A DNA stretch of 64,000 bases from Thermoanaerobaculia bacterium (GTDB lineage Bacteria; Acidobacteriota; Thermoanaerobaculia; UBA5066): NCBI GenBank assembly GCA_963719225.1, contig CAVRAY010000001.1, positions 3,104,001-3,168,000 of the forward strand, written 5' to 3'. Both the position numbers and the translations under genes were made by a program. This document shows positions 1-9,900 of the stretch, in pieces; the stretch's first letter is position 1; every line of letters starts with the position of its first letter. The notes beneath the pieces are model-generated. The model had not been told where the DNA came from. It searched no databases and was given only the letters and a program-made list of their open reading frames with translations.

Positions 1-1
1 G

Positions 2-1705
2 CATCTCGAGGTCGGCCGTCCGCGAGCCGTCGCCGCCCTTGAGCGTCATGAAGCCGTTCTGTACGAGCCACGTGTTGTAGTTGACGGACCGCCGCCACGT
101 CGTGAATCCGTGGTCGGAAAGCACGATCAGGATGTCCTCGGGCCCCAGCTTTTTCATCGCGTCGCCCACGATCGCGTCCATCTTCTCGAGGGTCCTTTCC
201 ACGGCGGGGGCCCACACGGCTGCCTTCACGGCGTCGTACGCGGGATGCTGCGGATCGAGGAAGCGCCAGAAGCAGTGCTCGACGCGGTCCGGGAATTCGT
301 AGATCTGCACGAAGAGCCGCACGTCCTTGTCGTCGAGGAAGTCGTTCATCATCTTCCGGAACGGCTCGACCGTGTGGTCCACGTCCTCGAGAAACGTCTT
401 CTCGTCGATCGTCTCCTCGCTCATCGACCACGTGTCGATCTGCCAGCCCATCGTCTTGTAGAGGCCGTAGCGGTCCGCGAGCTTCTTCGAGAGGGAAGCC
501 GGGGCGGTGATCTTCACGGAAGGGGGAAGGTCCGACGGGTTGAAGTGAATGGGCGAGAGGTAGAGCCTGATCTCGGGCGACAGGGATGCGAGGTGGAAGC
601 GGCCGATGCCCGTCATCTTCACGATCGAATTGAACGGGAACGCGAAGACGACCCACGGCGACCACTCGCCGACCTTCAACGTCAAAGGAGGAGAGCCCTT
701 CGGCGCGACCGTCAGGCTGCCGCCGTCGGGCGCGACCGTGAGGGTCATCGGCGTCTTGATGACGGGCGGCTCCTTGAAGAGCTTGTTGTACGGCCCGAAG
801 ACCTCCGTCTCGATCGTGCCCTTGTTGGACTCCAGCCGCACGAGCTCCACCGAGAACTCGTTCTTGTTCTTCGGGGCGAAGAACGGATCGGACGTGTAAT
901 AGCTCGGCGTCCCGACGCGACCGCGTACGTCCGTCACGCCGAGCCCGGACATCAACCGACCGTGGTCGTAATCCACGGCGGGAAACGTCACCGGCACGTG
1001 CATGACGACGGAGGCGATTCCCTTCCGCCCTGCCGCCTCCCAGAACGGAGTCCCGCGCCGGTTGTTGATCGGCCAGGGGATTTCGGTCGGAAGAAGAGAA
1101 GAAATACGAATTCCTATGAAGGTGAAGAGAGCTGCGGCGACCAGCGCGGCAAGAAAGGAGGCCCCGGACGCGGAACGGGCGACGGACCTCCCGGACGCGG
1201 CGTCGGCGTCGCTCCCAGGGGACCCCTTCACGCGCCTTCCAAGCAGAATCTTCAGCAAGCCCCACACGAACAGAAACGCCAGCAGCCCGAGCGCCGCCGG
1301 CACACCAACCCGATTTCCCTTCCCGAGCAGAAAACTCTTTCTTCCCTCTTCGGCGATCGCGAACTCGGGGCGGTAGGTCTTCGGGTTCCGCTTCAGGAAG
1401 TCGAAGATCATCGTGCGGCCGGGCGAAAGCCCGGTGGAGAACGTGGACCACGACACCGGCGTCTGCGCCGGAATCGTGGGCGTCAGAGCGGAGAAGCCGC
1501 CCTTCGCCGCGAGCGCGGCGAGGTTCGGAAGACGACCCTCGGCGACTCCTTTGGCGACGAGCGCGTGGTCCGCCCCGTCGAAGCCGAGGACGATGACGCG
1601 GGAGGGCGGAGGGACTGCCGCAACCAGGGTCGACGGGGCGAGGACGAGCGCCAATGCAAGGACGAGCTCCGGACGGAACATGATCCTGAGCGACGCGAAC
1701 GGCAT
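2..1705 (-). CDS. Alkaline phosphatase superfamily / type I phosphodiesterase (nucleotide pyrophosphatase) protein; 3' end runs off the window
   Basis: Not in the ORF track; read by hand on the minus strand: signal-like N-terminus, then RVIVLGFDGAD...LPNLAALAAKG...PTIPAQTPVSWSTFSTGLSPG...IFDF. An alternative in-frame ATG is at 1681. Confidence 0.85.
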   Translation of the reverse strand, partial: MPFASLRIMFRPELVLALALVLAPSTLVAAVPPPSRVIVLGFDGADHALVAKGVAEGRLPNLAALAAKGGFSALTPTIPAQTPVSWSTFSTGLSPGRTMIFDFLKRNPKTYRPEFAIAEEGRKSFLLGKGNRVGVPAALGLLAFLFVWGLLKILLGRRVKGSPGSDADAASGRSVARSASGASFLAALVAAALFTFIGIRISSLLPTEIPWPINNRRGTPFWEAAGRKGIASVVMHVPVTFPAVDYDHGRLMSGLGVTDVRGRVGTPSYYTSDPFFAPKNKNEFSVELVRLESNKGTIETEVFGPYNKLFKEPPVIKTPMTLTVAPDGGSLTVAPKGSPPLTLKVGEWSPWVVFAFPFNSIVKMTGIGRFHLASLSPEIRLYLSPIHFNPSDLPPSVKITAPASLSKKLADRYGLYKTMGWQIDTWSMSEETIDEKTFLEDVDHTVEPFRKMMNDFLDDKDVRLFVQIYEFPDRVEHCFWRFLDPQHPAYDAVKAAVWAPAVERTLEKMDAIVGDAMKKLGPEDILIVLSDHGFTTWRRSVNYNTWLVQNGFMTLKGGDGSRTADLEM

Positions 1706-1729
1706 GTGTCATTCTATTCCGGCCTCCGC

Positions 1730-2473
1730 ATGCGCCACCGCCTGATCGCCGCCCTGGGTCTCTCTTTTCTCGCGGCAGGCTGCTCGCGCAGCTACGAGCG
1801 GCCCGTCAACGGGTGGTGCAAGATCCGCGTGCGCGAGCCGATGCGGCTCGGGGGCGGAACGGCTCAGGGCGGCCCGAACGAGCGCGATACCGTCTTCGTT
1901 CGCGACCGGCGTCCGGATCGATGGAAGGACGTGGCGAAAGGGACGGGCGGTTCCGTGGCGCGTATCGCGGACGACCATGCCGTTCTGTTCGTGCCGTCGC
2001 CCGGCGCGCCGGGGCTCCTCGTCACTCCGGACGGTGCCGTCAAGCCGCTGGCGGAAGTCTTCCCGTGCGACGGCCTCCGCACGATCTCCCCGGATGGCCG
2101 CCGCGTGGACTGCGCGCGATGCGTCGAGGGAGCCGCCGACGGCTGCCGCACCGTGAGCCTCGATCGTTTCCCGGCCGCTGGCGGGAAAAGCGTGCCCACG
2201 ACAGTCGATGCGCCGGACGCCTCCTGCCGCTTCCGCCGGCCGGGGGTGAGATGGTACGACCCGAGAGGCCGCGCCTACCTTCTCGCCGTTTGCGCAAACG
2301 GCGCGTCCACTCTCTATCGCGCAGGCGGGGCGGCGGTGGCGGAGAAATTCACGAGTCCGAACGGCAGCGAGGATCCCAAATCCTGGCACGCGGCGATCGG
2401 GCAAATCGAGCTGCTCGAACCGAAGCCGCTCCATCCGATTCGGGGCCGCCCGAACGAGGCGATCCCGCGCTAG
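1730..2473 (+). CDS. Hypothetical Cys-rich lipoprotein
   Basis: ATG at 1730 inside ORF 110..2473; MRHRLIAALGLSFLAAGC is a signal peptide with a lipobox; several further Cys residues. Confidence 0.7.
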   Translation: MRHRLIAALGLSFLAAGCSRSYERPVNGWCKIRVREPMRLGGGTAQGGPNERDTVFVRDRRPDRWKDVAKGTGGSVARIADDHAVLFVPSPGAPGLLVTPDGAVKPLAEVFPCDGLRTISPDGRRVDCARCVEGAADGCRTVSLDRFPAAGGKSVPTTVDAPDASCRFRRPGVRWYDPRGRAYLLAVCANGASTLYRAGGAAVAEKFTSPNGSEDPKSWHAAIGQIELLEPKPLHPIRGRPNEAIPR

Positions 2474-3015
2474 GAAGTCTTCTTCTCTCCGTACCGTTCC
2501 GCCATCCTCCGGATGGTGTTCACGTTGCGCAGCGTCGTCGGCTCGCCGAGCGCCTTCTCGAGCTGCCGGCCGGTGATCGCGGGGCGCGCCTGGTGATGTT
2601 TCGAGAGCCACCAGAAGTCACGGCCGCGGACGTGGAAGAGGTCCTCTTTCGTCGAGAGACGAGAAACACGCCCGACGCCTGCGGCGTCGAGATTCTTCGA
2701 AAGGAGACCGACGACATACGTGGGAAAGGCCGCGGTGTCTCTCTCCGGGAAGGGCTCATGCGCCGCCGCCGAGACGATCTCCTCGACCGTGCGAATGAAC
2801 ACGGGAACCTCGAAGCCGGCCACGCGCTCGAGCGCTGCGGCGATCCTCGCGTCGAGACTTTTCCCACCCTTCGCAGAAAATACGACGTTCCCGCTCGCGA
2901 GGAAGCTCTCGACCTCCGCGCAATCGGCGGACTCGAACGCCTTTCTCAAGGCCTCCTTCTTCACGACGCGGCCGCCCACGTTGACGGCTCTCAGGAAAGC
3001 GACGAAACGCGGCAT
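2470..3015 (-). CDS. DUF1697 family protein
   Basis: MPRFVAFLRAVNVGG...SFLASGNVVF...TLRNVNTI family motifs; AAAGGAGG SD upstream. Confidence 0.9.
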   Translation of the reverse strand: MPRFVAFLRAVNVGGRVVKKEALRKAFESADCAEVESFLASGNVVFSAKGGKSLDARIAAALERVAGFEVPVFIRTVEEIVSAAAHEPFPERDTAAFPTYVVGLLSKNLDAAGVGRVSRLSTKEDLFHVRGRDFWWLSKHHQARPAITGRQLEKALGEPTTLRNVNTIRRMAERYGEKKTS

Positions 3016-3026
3016 ATGTCCTCCTT

Positions 3027-3902
3027 TCAGTCCGGGGAAGGGAGCGGCGCCGGATCTCCGTCTCTCCATCCGAAGACCGTCCGGCCCGCGACGGCCGAGA
3101 GCACGATCGCGCCCCCGAGAAGGGCCCAGGCCGAGGGCCTCTCGCCGAGGCCGAGGAACGCCCAGAGCGGGTTGAACATCGGCTCGAGCATGCCGAGGAG
3201 CGACGCCTCCGCGGCCGGCACGACCGCGAGGCCGCGCACGAAGAGGATGTAGCTGATGCCCAGCTGAACGATGCCGAGGAAGAGGACGAGCAGGATCCCG
3301 CGCCTGTCGAGCGCGAGGTTCGAGAACGCGAACGGGAGCGCGATCGCCGCCGCGAGGAAGTTTCCGGCGATGACCGAGGGAATCGCGTCTCCCGCGGCAT
3401 CCCGCCTGAGGAAGAGGATCAGGAGGCCGAAGAAAAAACCCGCCACGACCGCCACGAGATTCCCCTCGAGGGCGCCCGGATCCAGCCTGCCGACGAAGAA
3501 GAGCGACATGCCGCCGAGCGCCACGGCCATCGCGACGGCGTCGACGCGCCGGAAACGCTCCTTGAGGAGGAACGGGGCGAACGCCAGGACGTAGAGCGGA
3601 CCCGTGTACTGCAGAAAGATCGCGTTCGCGGCCGTGGTCATCTTCGTCGCGGAGACGAAAGTCAGGATCATGAGAGCGTAGATGAGCGACGTCGTGACCG
3701 AGGCGTGGTGCCAGCGCGCGCGCGTGGGGCGGAACACGGCGACGAGGAAGACGGCCGACACGAACGAACGCCAGAAGGCGACGCCCAGCGCCGGCAGCGG
3801 AACGAGCTTGATCGCGAGGCCGCCGGTGGACCAAAGGAGCGCGGCCGCCACGATGAGGAGCCTCCCTTTGGCCGGCGAAAGGGACGAGGCGGGTCCGCTC
3901 AC
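3027..3902 (-). CDS. DMT/EamA family transporter
   Basis: About 10 hydrophobic helices; LLWSTGG, LKERF and LEPMFNPLWA motifs. Confidence 0.9.
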   Translation of the reverse strand: MSGPASSLSPAKGRLLIVAAALLWSTGGLAIKLVPLPALGVAFWRSFVSAVFLVAVFRPTRARWHHASVTTSLIYALMILTFVSATKMTTAANAIFLQYTGPLYVLAFAPFLLKERFRRVDAVAMAVALGGMSLFFVGRLDPGALEGNLVAVVAGFFFGLLILFLRRDAAGDAIPSVIAGNFLAAAIALPFAFSNLALDRRGILLVLFLGIVQLGISYILFVRGLAVVPAAEASLLGMLEPMFNPLWAFLGLGERPSAWALLGGAIVLSAVAGRTVFGWRDGDPAPLPSPD

Positions 3903-5002
3903 GCGCTCTTGCGTCTGACCGCCGCGATGGAGATGTCGTCCTCCGCGGACGTGCGCCCCATGAAGCGGTCGAGGTCCTGGACGAGGGCCGCGACCACCTC
4001 GTCGGGCCGCGCTCCCGCACGGCGGAAAAGAAGGCTTTCGATGCGCGCGTCACCGAAATCCTCGTCGGAGGCGCCGCGCGCCTCGGGAAGTCCGTCGGAA
4101 TGAAACAGCAGCGTTTCCCCGGGCGCGAGAGAGGTCGTCACGGGCCGGTAGTCGACGTTCTTCCGGATGCCGAGCGGATAGGAGCCCGTGCCGAGACGCT
4201 CGACGATACGTCCCTCCGCGTCCACCTTGAGGACGGGAGGATGGCCCGCGACGATCGCGGTCACGGCGCCGTCCGGCTCGAGGAGCGCATAGACGCCGGC
4301 GAAGAAAGAGCGGGCGTTCCCCGTTTCGGCGAGGACGCGGTTCAATGACCGGATCATGACGGCGGGTACCGGGTCGACGAGAAGCTGAGTGCGGAAAACC
4401 GCGTGCGTGACCGCCATGACGAGCCCCGCGGCCATCCCGTGGCCCGAGGCGTCGCCGAAGAGGATTGCGAGGCGCCCGCCCTCGAGCGGCTCGAACGCGT
4501 AGAGGTCGCCCCCGACGGTGTTCGCGATGCGGTTGAACGCCCCGAGCTCGAACGCGCCGATCTCCGGAAGGACGCGTGGCACGAGCTGCGCCTGGAGGTC
4601 GCGCGCCATGACGAGCTCGTCCTTGAAGTGCAGCTTGTCGACGAGCTCCATCGCGAGGAGGAAAGCGAGCGCGAGGACTGAAACGAACAAGGCCGCGAAG
4701 GGCCAGCCCTCGGCCCCGTTTCCCACCATGTTGTTGAGGAACGCGAAGATCGTCAGGAGCAGAACGAGGGCGAAGACGAGCCGGCGCGGTGGCGCCAGCC
4801 GCTTCGCGAGGCCGAAGACCACCGCGTTCGTCCTGCGGAACACCCTCTTCAGCCCGCGTCTCTCAGCGGCAATCTCGTCCTCGTGGTCGGCGAGAAAGAC
4901 CTTGGTCGCCCGCCGGAAGTCCACGTCCCACATGCCACGCACGTCGTCGGCGTCGAAGGAGTGAACCGTTTCCTTCGCCAGGCTCTTCCAGTCGGTCGGC
5001 AT
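3899..5002 (-). CDS. Membrane-anchored PP2C/SpoIIE (RsbU-like) Ser phosphatase
   Basis: Two TM helices, then VGGDLY, GDASGHG, HSDGLPE and EDDIS motifs. Confidence 0.92.
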   Translation of the reverse strand: MPTDWKSLAKETVHSFDADDVRGMWDVDFRRATKVFLADHEDEIAAERRGLKRVFRRTNAVVFGLAKRLAPPRRLVFALVLLLTIFAFLNNMVGNGAEGWPFAALFVSVLALAFLLAMELVDKLHFKDELVMARDLQAQLVPRVLPEIGAFELGAFNRIANTVGGDLYAFEPLEGGRLAILFGDASGHGMAAGLVMAVTHAVFRTQLLVDPVPAVMIRSLNRVLAETGNARSFFAGVYALLEPDGAVTAIVAGHPPVLKVDAEGRIVERLGTGSYPLGIRKNVDYRPVTTSLAPGETLLFHSDGLPEARGASDEDFGDARIESLLFRRAGARPDEVVAALVQDLDRFMGRTSAEDDISIAAVRRKSA

Positions 5003-5059
5003 GCGTCTTCCGGGCCCTCTCTCGAGTCTTCTCTTACGAAATCCCGGCGCGGCGGGTTC

Positions 5060-5524
5060 TCAGGGCTTCGAAGGCACGCCGAGCCGGGCGGCCCCTTTCT
5101 TCGAGACGGACCGCCGCAGCCATTCCGTGCGACCGAAGAGGACGCCCGGCAGCCCGAGGGCCTGCGCCGCCCAGCGGGGAAAGTCGAACGAGTCTTTCTG
5201 GCGCACGATGAGCCCGTCCTTCATCTCGATCTCCGAGACGATCACGTTCACGACGGGCTTCCTGCCCCCGAAGAGATAGCGGGCGGTCCACTCCACGACG
5301 CCCGTGCCGGCGCCTGCCTTCGCGACGGTGAACGCGACCGAAAAGTCCTTCGCGCCCTCGAGGAGCCCGACCCACATCTTTCCGATGTCGGCTCCCTCGA
5401 GCGCGAAGACGGGATCTTCGAACGTCGCGTCCAGGGCGTAGAGCGCGGCCATCGTCTCGCCGTCGCGCAGTGCAAATGCCTCGTAGAAGCGCGTCAGCGC
5501 GGCCTGCGTCTCGCCGTTCGTCAT
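5060..5524 (-). CDS. SnoaL-like / NTF2-family protein
   Basis: ATG at 5524; RFYEAF..RDGETMAALY...FEDPVF...DGLIVRQKDSFDF. Confidence 0.85.
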   Translation of the reverse strand: MTNGETQAALTRFYEAFALRDGETMAALYALDATFEDPVFALEGADIGKMWVGLLEGAKDFSVAFTVAKAGAGTGVVEWTARYLFGGRKPVVNVIVSEIEMKDGLIVRQKDSFDFPRWAAQALGLPGVLFGRTEWLRRSVSKKGAARLGVPSKP

Positions 5525-5579
5525 CCGAAGCGAGTCTATCCGCTCCGTCTTCACACCACCCCGTAGAATCAGCTCGACC

Positions 5580-6977
5580 GTGGAGAAGTTCGATCTGTTC
5601 GTCCTCGGCACGGGTCCGGCCGGGCAGCGCGCGGCCGTCCAGGCCGCGAAGCTCGGTAGGAAGGTCGGGATCTGCGAGAAGCGCGAGGTCGTGGGTGGCG
5701 TGTGCATCAACACGGGCACGATCCCCTCGAAGACGTTCCGTGAAGCGGTGCTCTACCTGTCGGGCTTTGCCCAGCGCGGGATGTACGGCGCGTCCTACTC
5801 CGTGAAGGAGAACATCACCGCGGAGGACCTCCTCTTCCGGTGCACGGCCGTCATCAAGCGCGAGATCGAGGTCATCCGCGCCCAGATGAGGAGAAACGGC
5901 GTCACGCTGGTCGCCGGAGCCGCGAAGTTCACGTCGCCCCACACGCTGACGGTGACCGGGCTCAAGGCCACGACGGAAGTCGAGGCGGACAAGATCGTGA
6001 TCGCGACGGGCACCCGGCCCGCGACACCGCCCGGCGTCGCCGTGGACGGCGAGACGATCCTGGATTCCGACGGCATCCTCGGTCTCAAGCTCCTCCCCCG
6101 AACCATGATCGTCGTCGGCGCCGGCGTCATCGGCGTCGAGTACGCGTCGATGTTCGCCGCCCTCGGGGTGGAGGTGACGCTCGTCGACAAGCGGCCGCGC
6201 CTTCTCGAGTTCGTGGACGGGGAGATCTCCGAGGCGCTCTCGTACGCGATGCGAAACATGAACTGCACGCTCCGCCTCGGCGAGGACGTCGCCGACGTGC
6301 GCGTCGAAGCCCCGCGCCGCGCCGTCGCCCTGCTCAAGAGCGGCAAGCGCATCGTCGCGGACCTCCTCCTCTACTCGATCGGCCGCATCGGGGCGACGGC
6401 CGAGCTCGATCTTCCGGCTGCCGGCCTCGCGGCCGACGAGCGCGGCCGGCTCACCGTGAATGCCAGCTACCAGACCGAGCAGCCGCACATCTACGCGGCG
6501 GGCGACATCATCGGTTTCCCCGCGCTCGCCTCCACGTCGCTCGAGCAGGGCCGGCTCGCAGCCTGCCACGCGTTCGGCTTCGCCTGCACGTCGATGCCGC
6601 ACCTGTACCCGATCGGCATCTACTCCATTCCCGAGCTCTCGATGGTGGGCAAGACCGAGGAAGAGCTCACGAAGGACGGCGTACCCTACGAGACGGGGCT
6701 CGCGCACTATCGCGAGATCGCGCGCGGCGCGATCCTCGGCGACGACACGGGTGTCCTCAAGATCCTCGTGCATCGCGAGACGCGCCAGCTCCTCGGCGTC
6801 CACATCTTCGGCACGGCCGCGACGGAGCTCGTCCACATCGGCCAGGCCTTCCTCGCGTTCAACGGGACGCTGGACGTGCTCGTCGAGACGGTTTTCAACT
6901 ACCCGACGTTCGCGGAGTGCTACAAGGTCGCGGCGCTCGACGCCTACAACAAGCTGGGGCCCAAAGCGCCGCCCTGA
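5580..6977 (+). CDS. sthA: Soluble Si-specific NAD(P)+ transhydrogenase
   Basis: GTGPAG FAD motif; GGVCINTGTIPSK has a single Cys, as in Sth; GAGVIG; C-terminal VFNYPTFAECYKVAALD. Confidence 0.92.
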   Translation: MEKFDLFVLGTGPAGQRAAVQAAKLGRKVGICEKREVVGGVCINTGTIPSKTFREAVLYLSGFAQRGMYGASYSVKENITAEDLLFRCTAVIKREIEVIRAQMRRNGVTLVAGAAKFTSPHTLTVTGLKATTEVEADKIVIATGTRPATPPGVAVDGETILDSDGILGLKLLPRTMIVVGAGVIGVEYASMFAALGVEVTLVDKRPRLLEFVDGEISEALSYAMRNMNCTLRLGEDVADVRVEAPRRAVALLKSGKRIVADLLLYSIGRIGATAELDLPAAGLAADERGRLTVNASYQTEQPHIYAAGDIIGFPALASTSLEQGRLAACHAFGFACTSMPHLYPIGIYSIPELSMVGKTEEELTKDGVPYETGLAHYREIARGAILGDDTGVLKILVHRETRQLLGVHIFGTAATELVHIGQAFLAFNGTLDVLVETVFNYPTFAECYKVAALDAYNKLGPKAPP

Positions 6978-6995
6978 CGCCTTCCGGTCAGATCT

Positions 6996-9900
6996 TCAGG
7001 CGGCGTGCCGAAGAAGCCTTGCGCCCGCGAAGGCGAGCGCGAGAACCAGGGCGAGGAGCGCCCATGTCGAGAGCGCGGGAACGCCGTTCAGAGACGCGAG
7101 GTCCGCCGTGCTCACGTTGTTCGTCCCGTCCGGATCGAACTCGTTCCCGGCCACCGTCGCGGTGTTCGTGACGGAGATGGCCGTGAGGCGGGGAAGCACC
7201 TGAACGAGAACGGTGGCGGAAGCGCCGTTCACGAGCGTCCCGATCGCGCACGTCACGGTGGACGTGCCGGAGCAGCTGCCCTGGGTCGTCGAGACGGACG
7301 AGAACGTCACGGTCGAAGGCAGCGGGTCGGTGAGAACGATGCCGGTCGCGGTCGAGGGCCCGTGGTTCGTGACGACGATCCGATACGTGAACACCTGCCC
7401 GACGACCAGGGGACCGCCTTCGATCGTCTTGGTGACCGAGACATCGGCTGCGACGGACGTGGAGACGCTGGCGGCATTGTTCGCCGGGTTCGGGTCAGGC
7501 GTGGTCGCGGAAACGGAGGCCGTGTTGGGGATCGGGCTAGGTGCCGTGTAGCCGGCCGGGATGTGGAACGTGACGGTGAGGGTGGCTGCCGCGCCCGACG
7601 CCAGGCTGCCGAGGCTGCACGGGAATCCCGTGCCGCATGCGCCGCCGCCCGGTACGAACGTCAGGTTCGTCGGCGTCGGGTCCGCGACGACGACGCCCGC
7701 GGCATCGGAGGGTCCGTTGTTCGTCACGACGAGCGTGTAGACGATGTTCGTCCCGGGCACTGCGGTCGCGGGCCCCGTCTTGACGATCGCGAGGTCGGCA
7801 GAGGAGCCGACGGGCACGACGTCGGTCGAGGAGTCGTTCGCCGGAGTGATGTCGCCGCCTCCCGCGACGGTCGCCGTATTCGAGAGGCTGGCGCCGGCCG
7901 ACTGGAGGACGTTGACGGTCACGGAGATCGAGGGCCAGGGAGGACCGATGGCGAGGGCGTCCGCTCGCGAGCACGAGACGTTTGGAGCGGCGACCGAGCA
8001 GGCCCAGCCCGTCCCGCTCGCGGCGATCGGCGTGAACCCCGCGGGAAGCGCATCCGTGACCGTCACCGCCCCGACCGTCGAGCCCGTCCCGACGTTCGAC
8101 ACCGTGAAAGAGAAGGTCCCCGTCGCGCCCCTGAGGAACGTGGCGGGCGCGTGCGTCTTGAGGATCGTGAGGTCCGCGACGACGCCGACGCCGCCCCCGG
8201 CGCTCGCGGTGTCGTTCGCCGGGTTCGGATCGAGCTCGATCTGTCCCGTCTTCGTCGCCGTGTTCGTGAAGGCGCCGGGCGAGAGCGCCGTGGCCGTGAG
8301 GGTGAGCGAGGCCGAGGCCCCGTTCGCGAGCGTGCCGACCGTCCAGACGCCCGTGGCGGAGACGTACGCCCCCTGCGACGCGACGAACGAGACGAAGCCG
8401 AGGTTCGCGGGGAGGACGTCCGTGACGACGACGCCGTTCGCGGTCGAAGGGCCGTTGTTCGTCGCCGTCACCGTGAACGTGAACGACTGGGCGACCTGCG
8501 GCGCGGGATTCGACACGGCCTTCAGGAGGCCGACGTCCGCCACCGGCACGACCGTGGTCTGGGCCGTGGCGATGTTGTCCGGGGGGTTCGGATCCGGCTC
8601 GCTCGCAGTGACGGTCGCCGTGTTCGTGACCGACGGAACTGCCGCCGCGGAGACCGCGACGACGATCGAGACCGCCGCGCTGTTGCCCGCGCCCAGCCCG
8701 CCGAGAGTGCACGTCACCGTCGCGGCGCCGCTGCAGGCGCCCTGGCTCGGCATGGCCGAGACGAACGAGACGGCAGCCGGGAGCGGGTCCGTGATCGTGA
8801 CGCCCGTCGCGTCGTTCGGCCCGCGGTTCGTCACGACCAGCGTGTACGTGAGGTTCTGGCCGGCGCGCACCGGGTCGGGCGAGTCGAGCTTGAGGAGGCC
8901 GAGATCCGCCTGCAGCAAGCCGCCGCCGCCCGCGACGACGCCCGCGACGGCGCTGTCGTTGGACGTGTTCGGGTCGAACTCGTTTTCGGCGGTCTTCGCC
9001 GCAGTATTCACGTACGAGCCCGCGGCCGTCACGTTCGCGACGAGAAGAAGCGTCACGGAGGCGCCGTTCGGAAGGCTGCCGATCGTCCAGACGCCCGCGG
9101 CGAAGCTCGTGCCCGCCGACGGCGTCGCGCTCACGAACGACAGGCCGGACGGGAGCACGTCGGTCACGGCGACGCCGGTCGCATTCGAGGGGCCCGCGTT
9201 GAGAACCGTCACGGTGAATGTGACGTTCGTGCCGACGAGGGGAGCCGCGACGTCCACGGTCTTGGCGACCTGGATGTCCGCGACGAGGGGCGGCCCGTTC
9301 ACGACGGCCGTGCCCGAGTTGTTGGACGGGTTCGGGTCGATCGCGTTCGAGGCCGTGACGGTCGCCGTGTTCGCGATCGTGCCGGCCTGCGTCACGGTCG
9401 CCGTGATCGTGAGCGTGGCCGACGCGTTGAGAACGAGGGCGCCGGCCGCCCAGATGCCCGTGGCCGAGGCGTACGCGCCCTGGGAGGCCGAGGCGGAGAC
9501 GAACGCCAGGCCCGACGGGAGGACGTCCGTCACGGCGATGCCGCTCGCGTCGCTCGGGCCGTCGTTCCGGAGCGTGACCGTGAACGTCACGTTCGTCCCG
9601 ACTGCGGGCACGGGGTTGCTCACGATCTTCGTCACTGCGAGGTCCGCGAGGCCGTCGGGCACGGAGACGTTCGCCGTGCTCGTGTTGTTCCCGGGGACCG
9701 GGTCGGGCGTCGTCGACGAGACGGTCGTGACGTTCGCGATCGGAGCCGGCTTCGGGTAGCCCGACGGGATCGCGTACGTGGACGTGATCGTGCGGACGGC
9801 GCCCGGCGAGAGCGTCCCGAGGCTGCATGGGAAAGCCGTGGCGCAGTCGCCCGCGTTCGAGACGAACGTGAGACCCGACGGCGTCGGGTCGGTCACGGCG

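Noticed and set aside
110-1729. N-terminal ~540 aa of ORF 110..2473
   Set aside because: Antisense shadow of the minus-strand phosphodiesterase; only the part from 1730 looks like a real gene.
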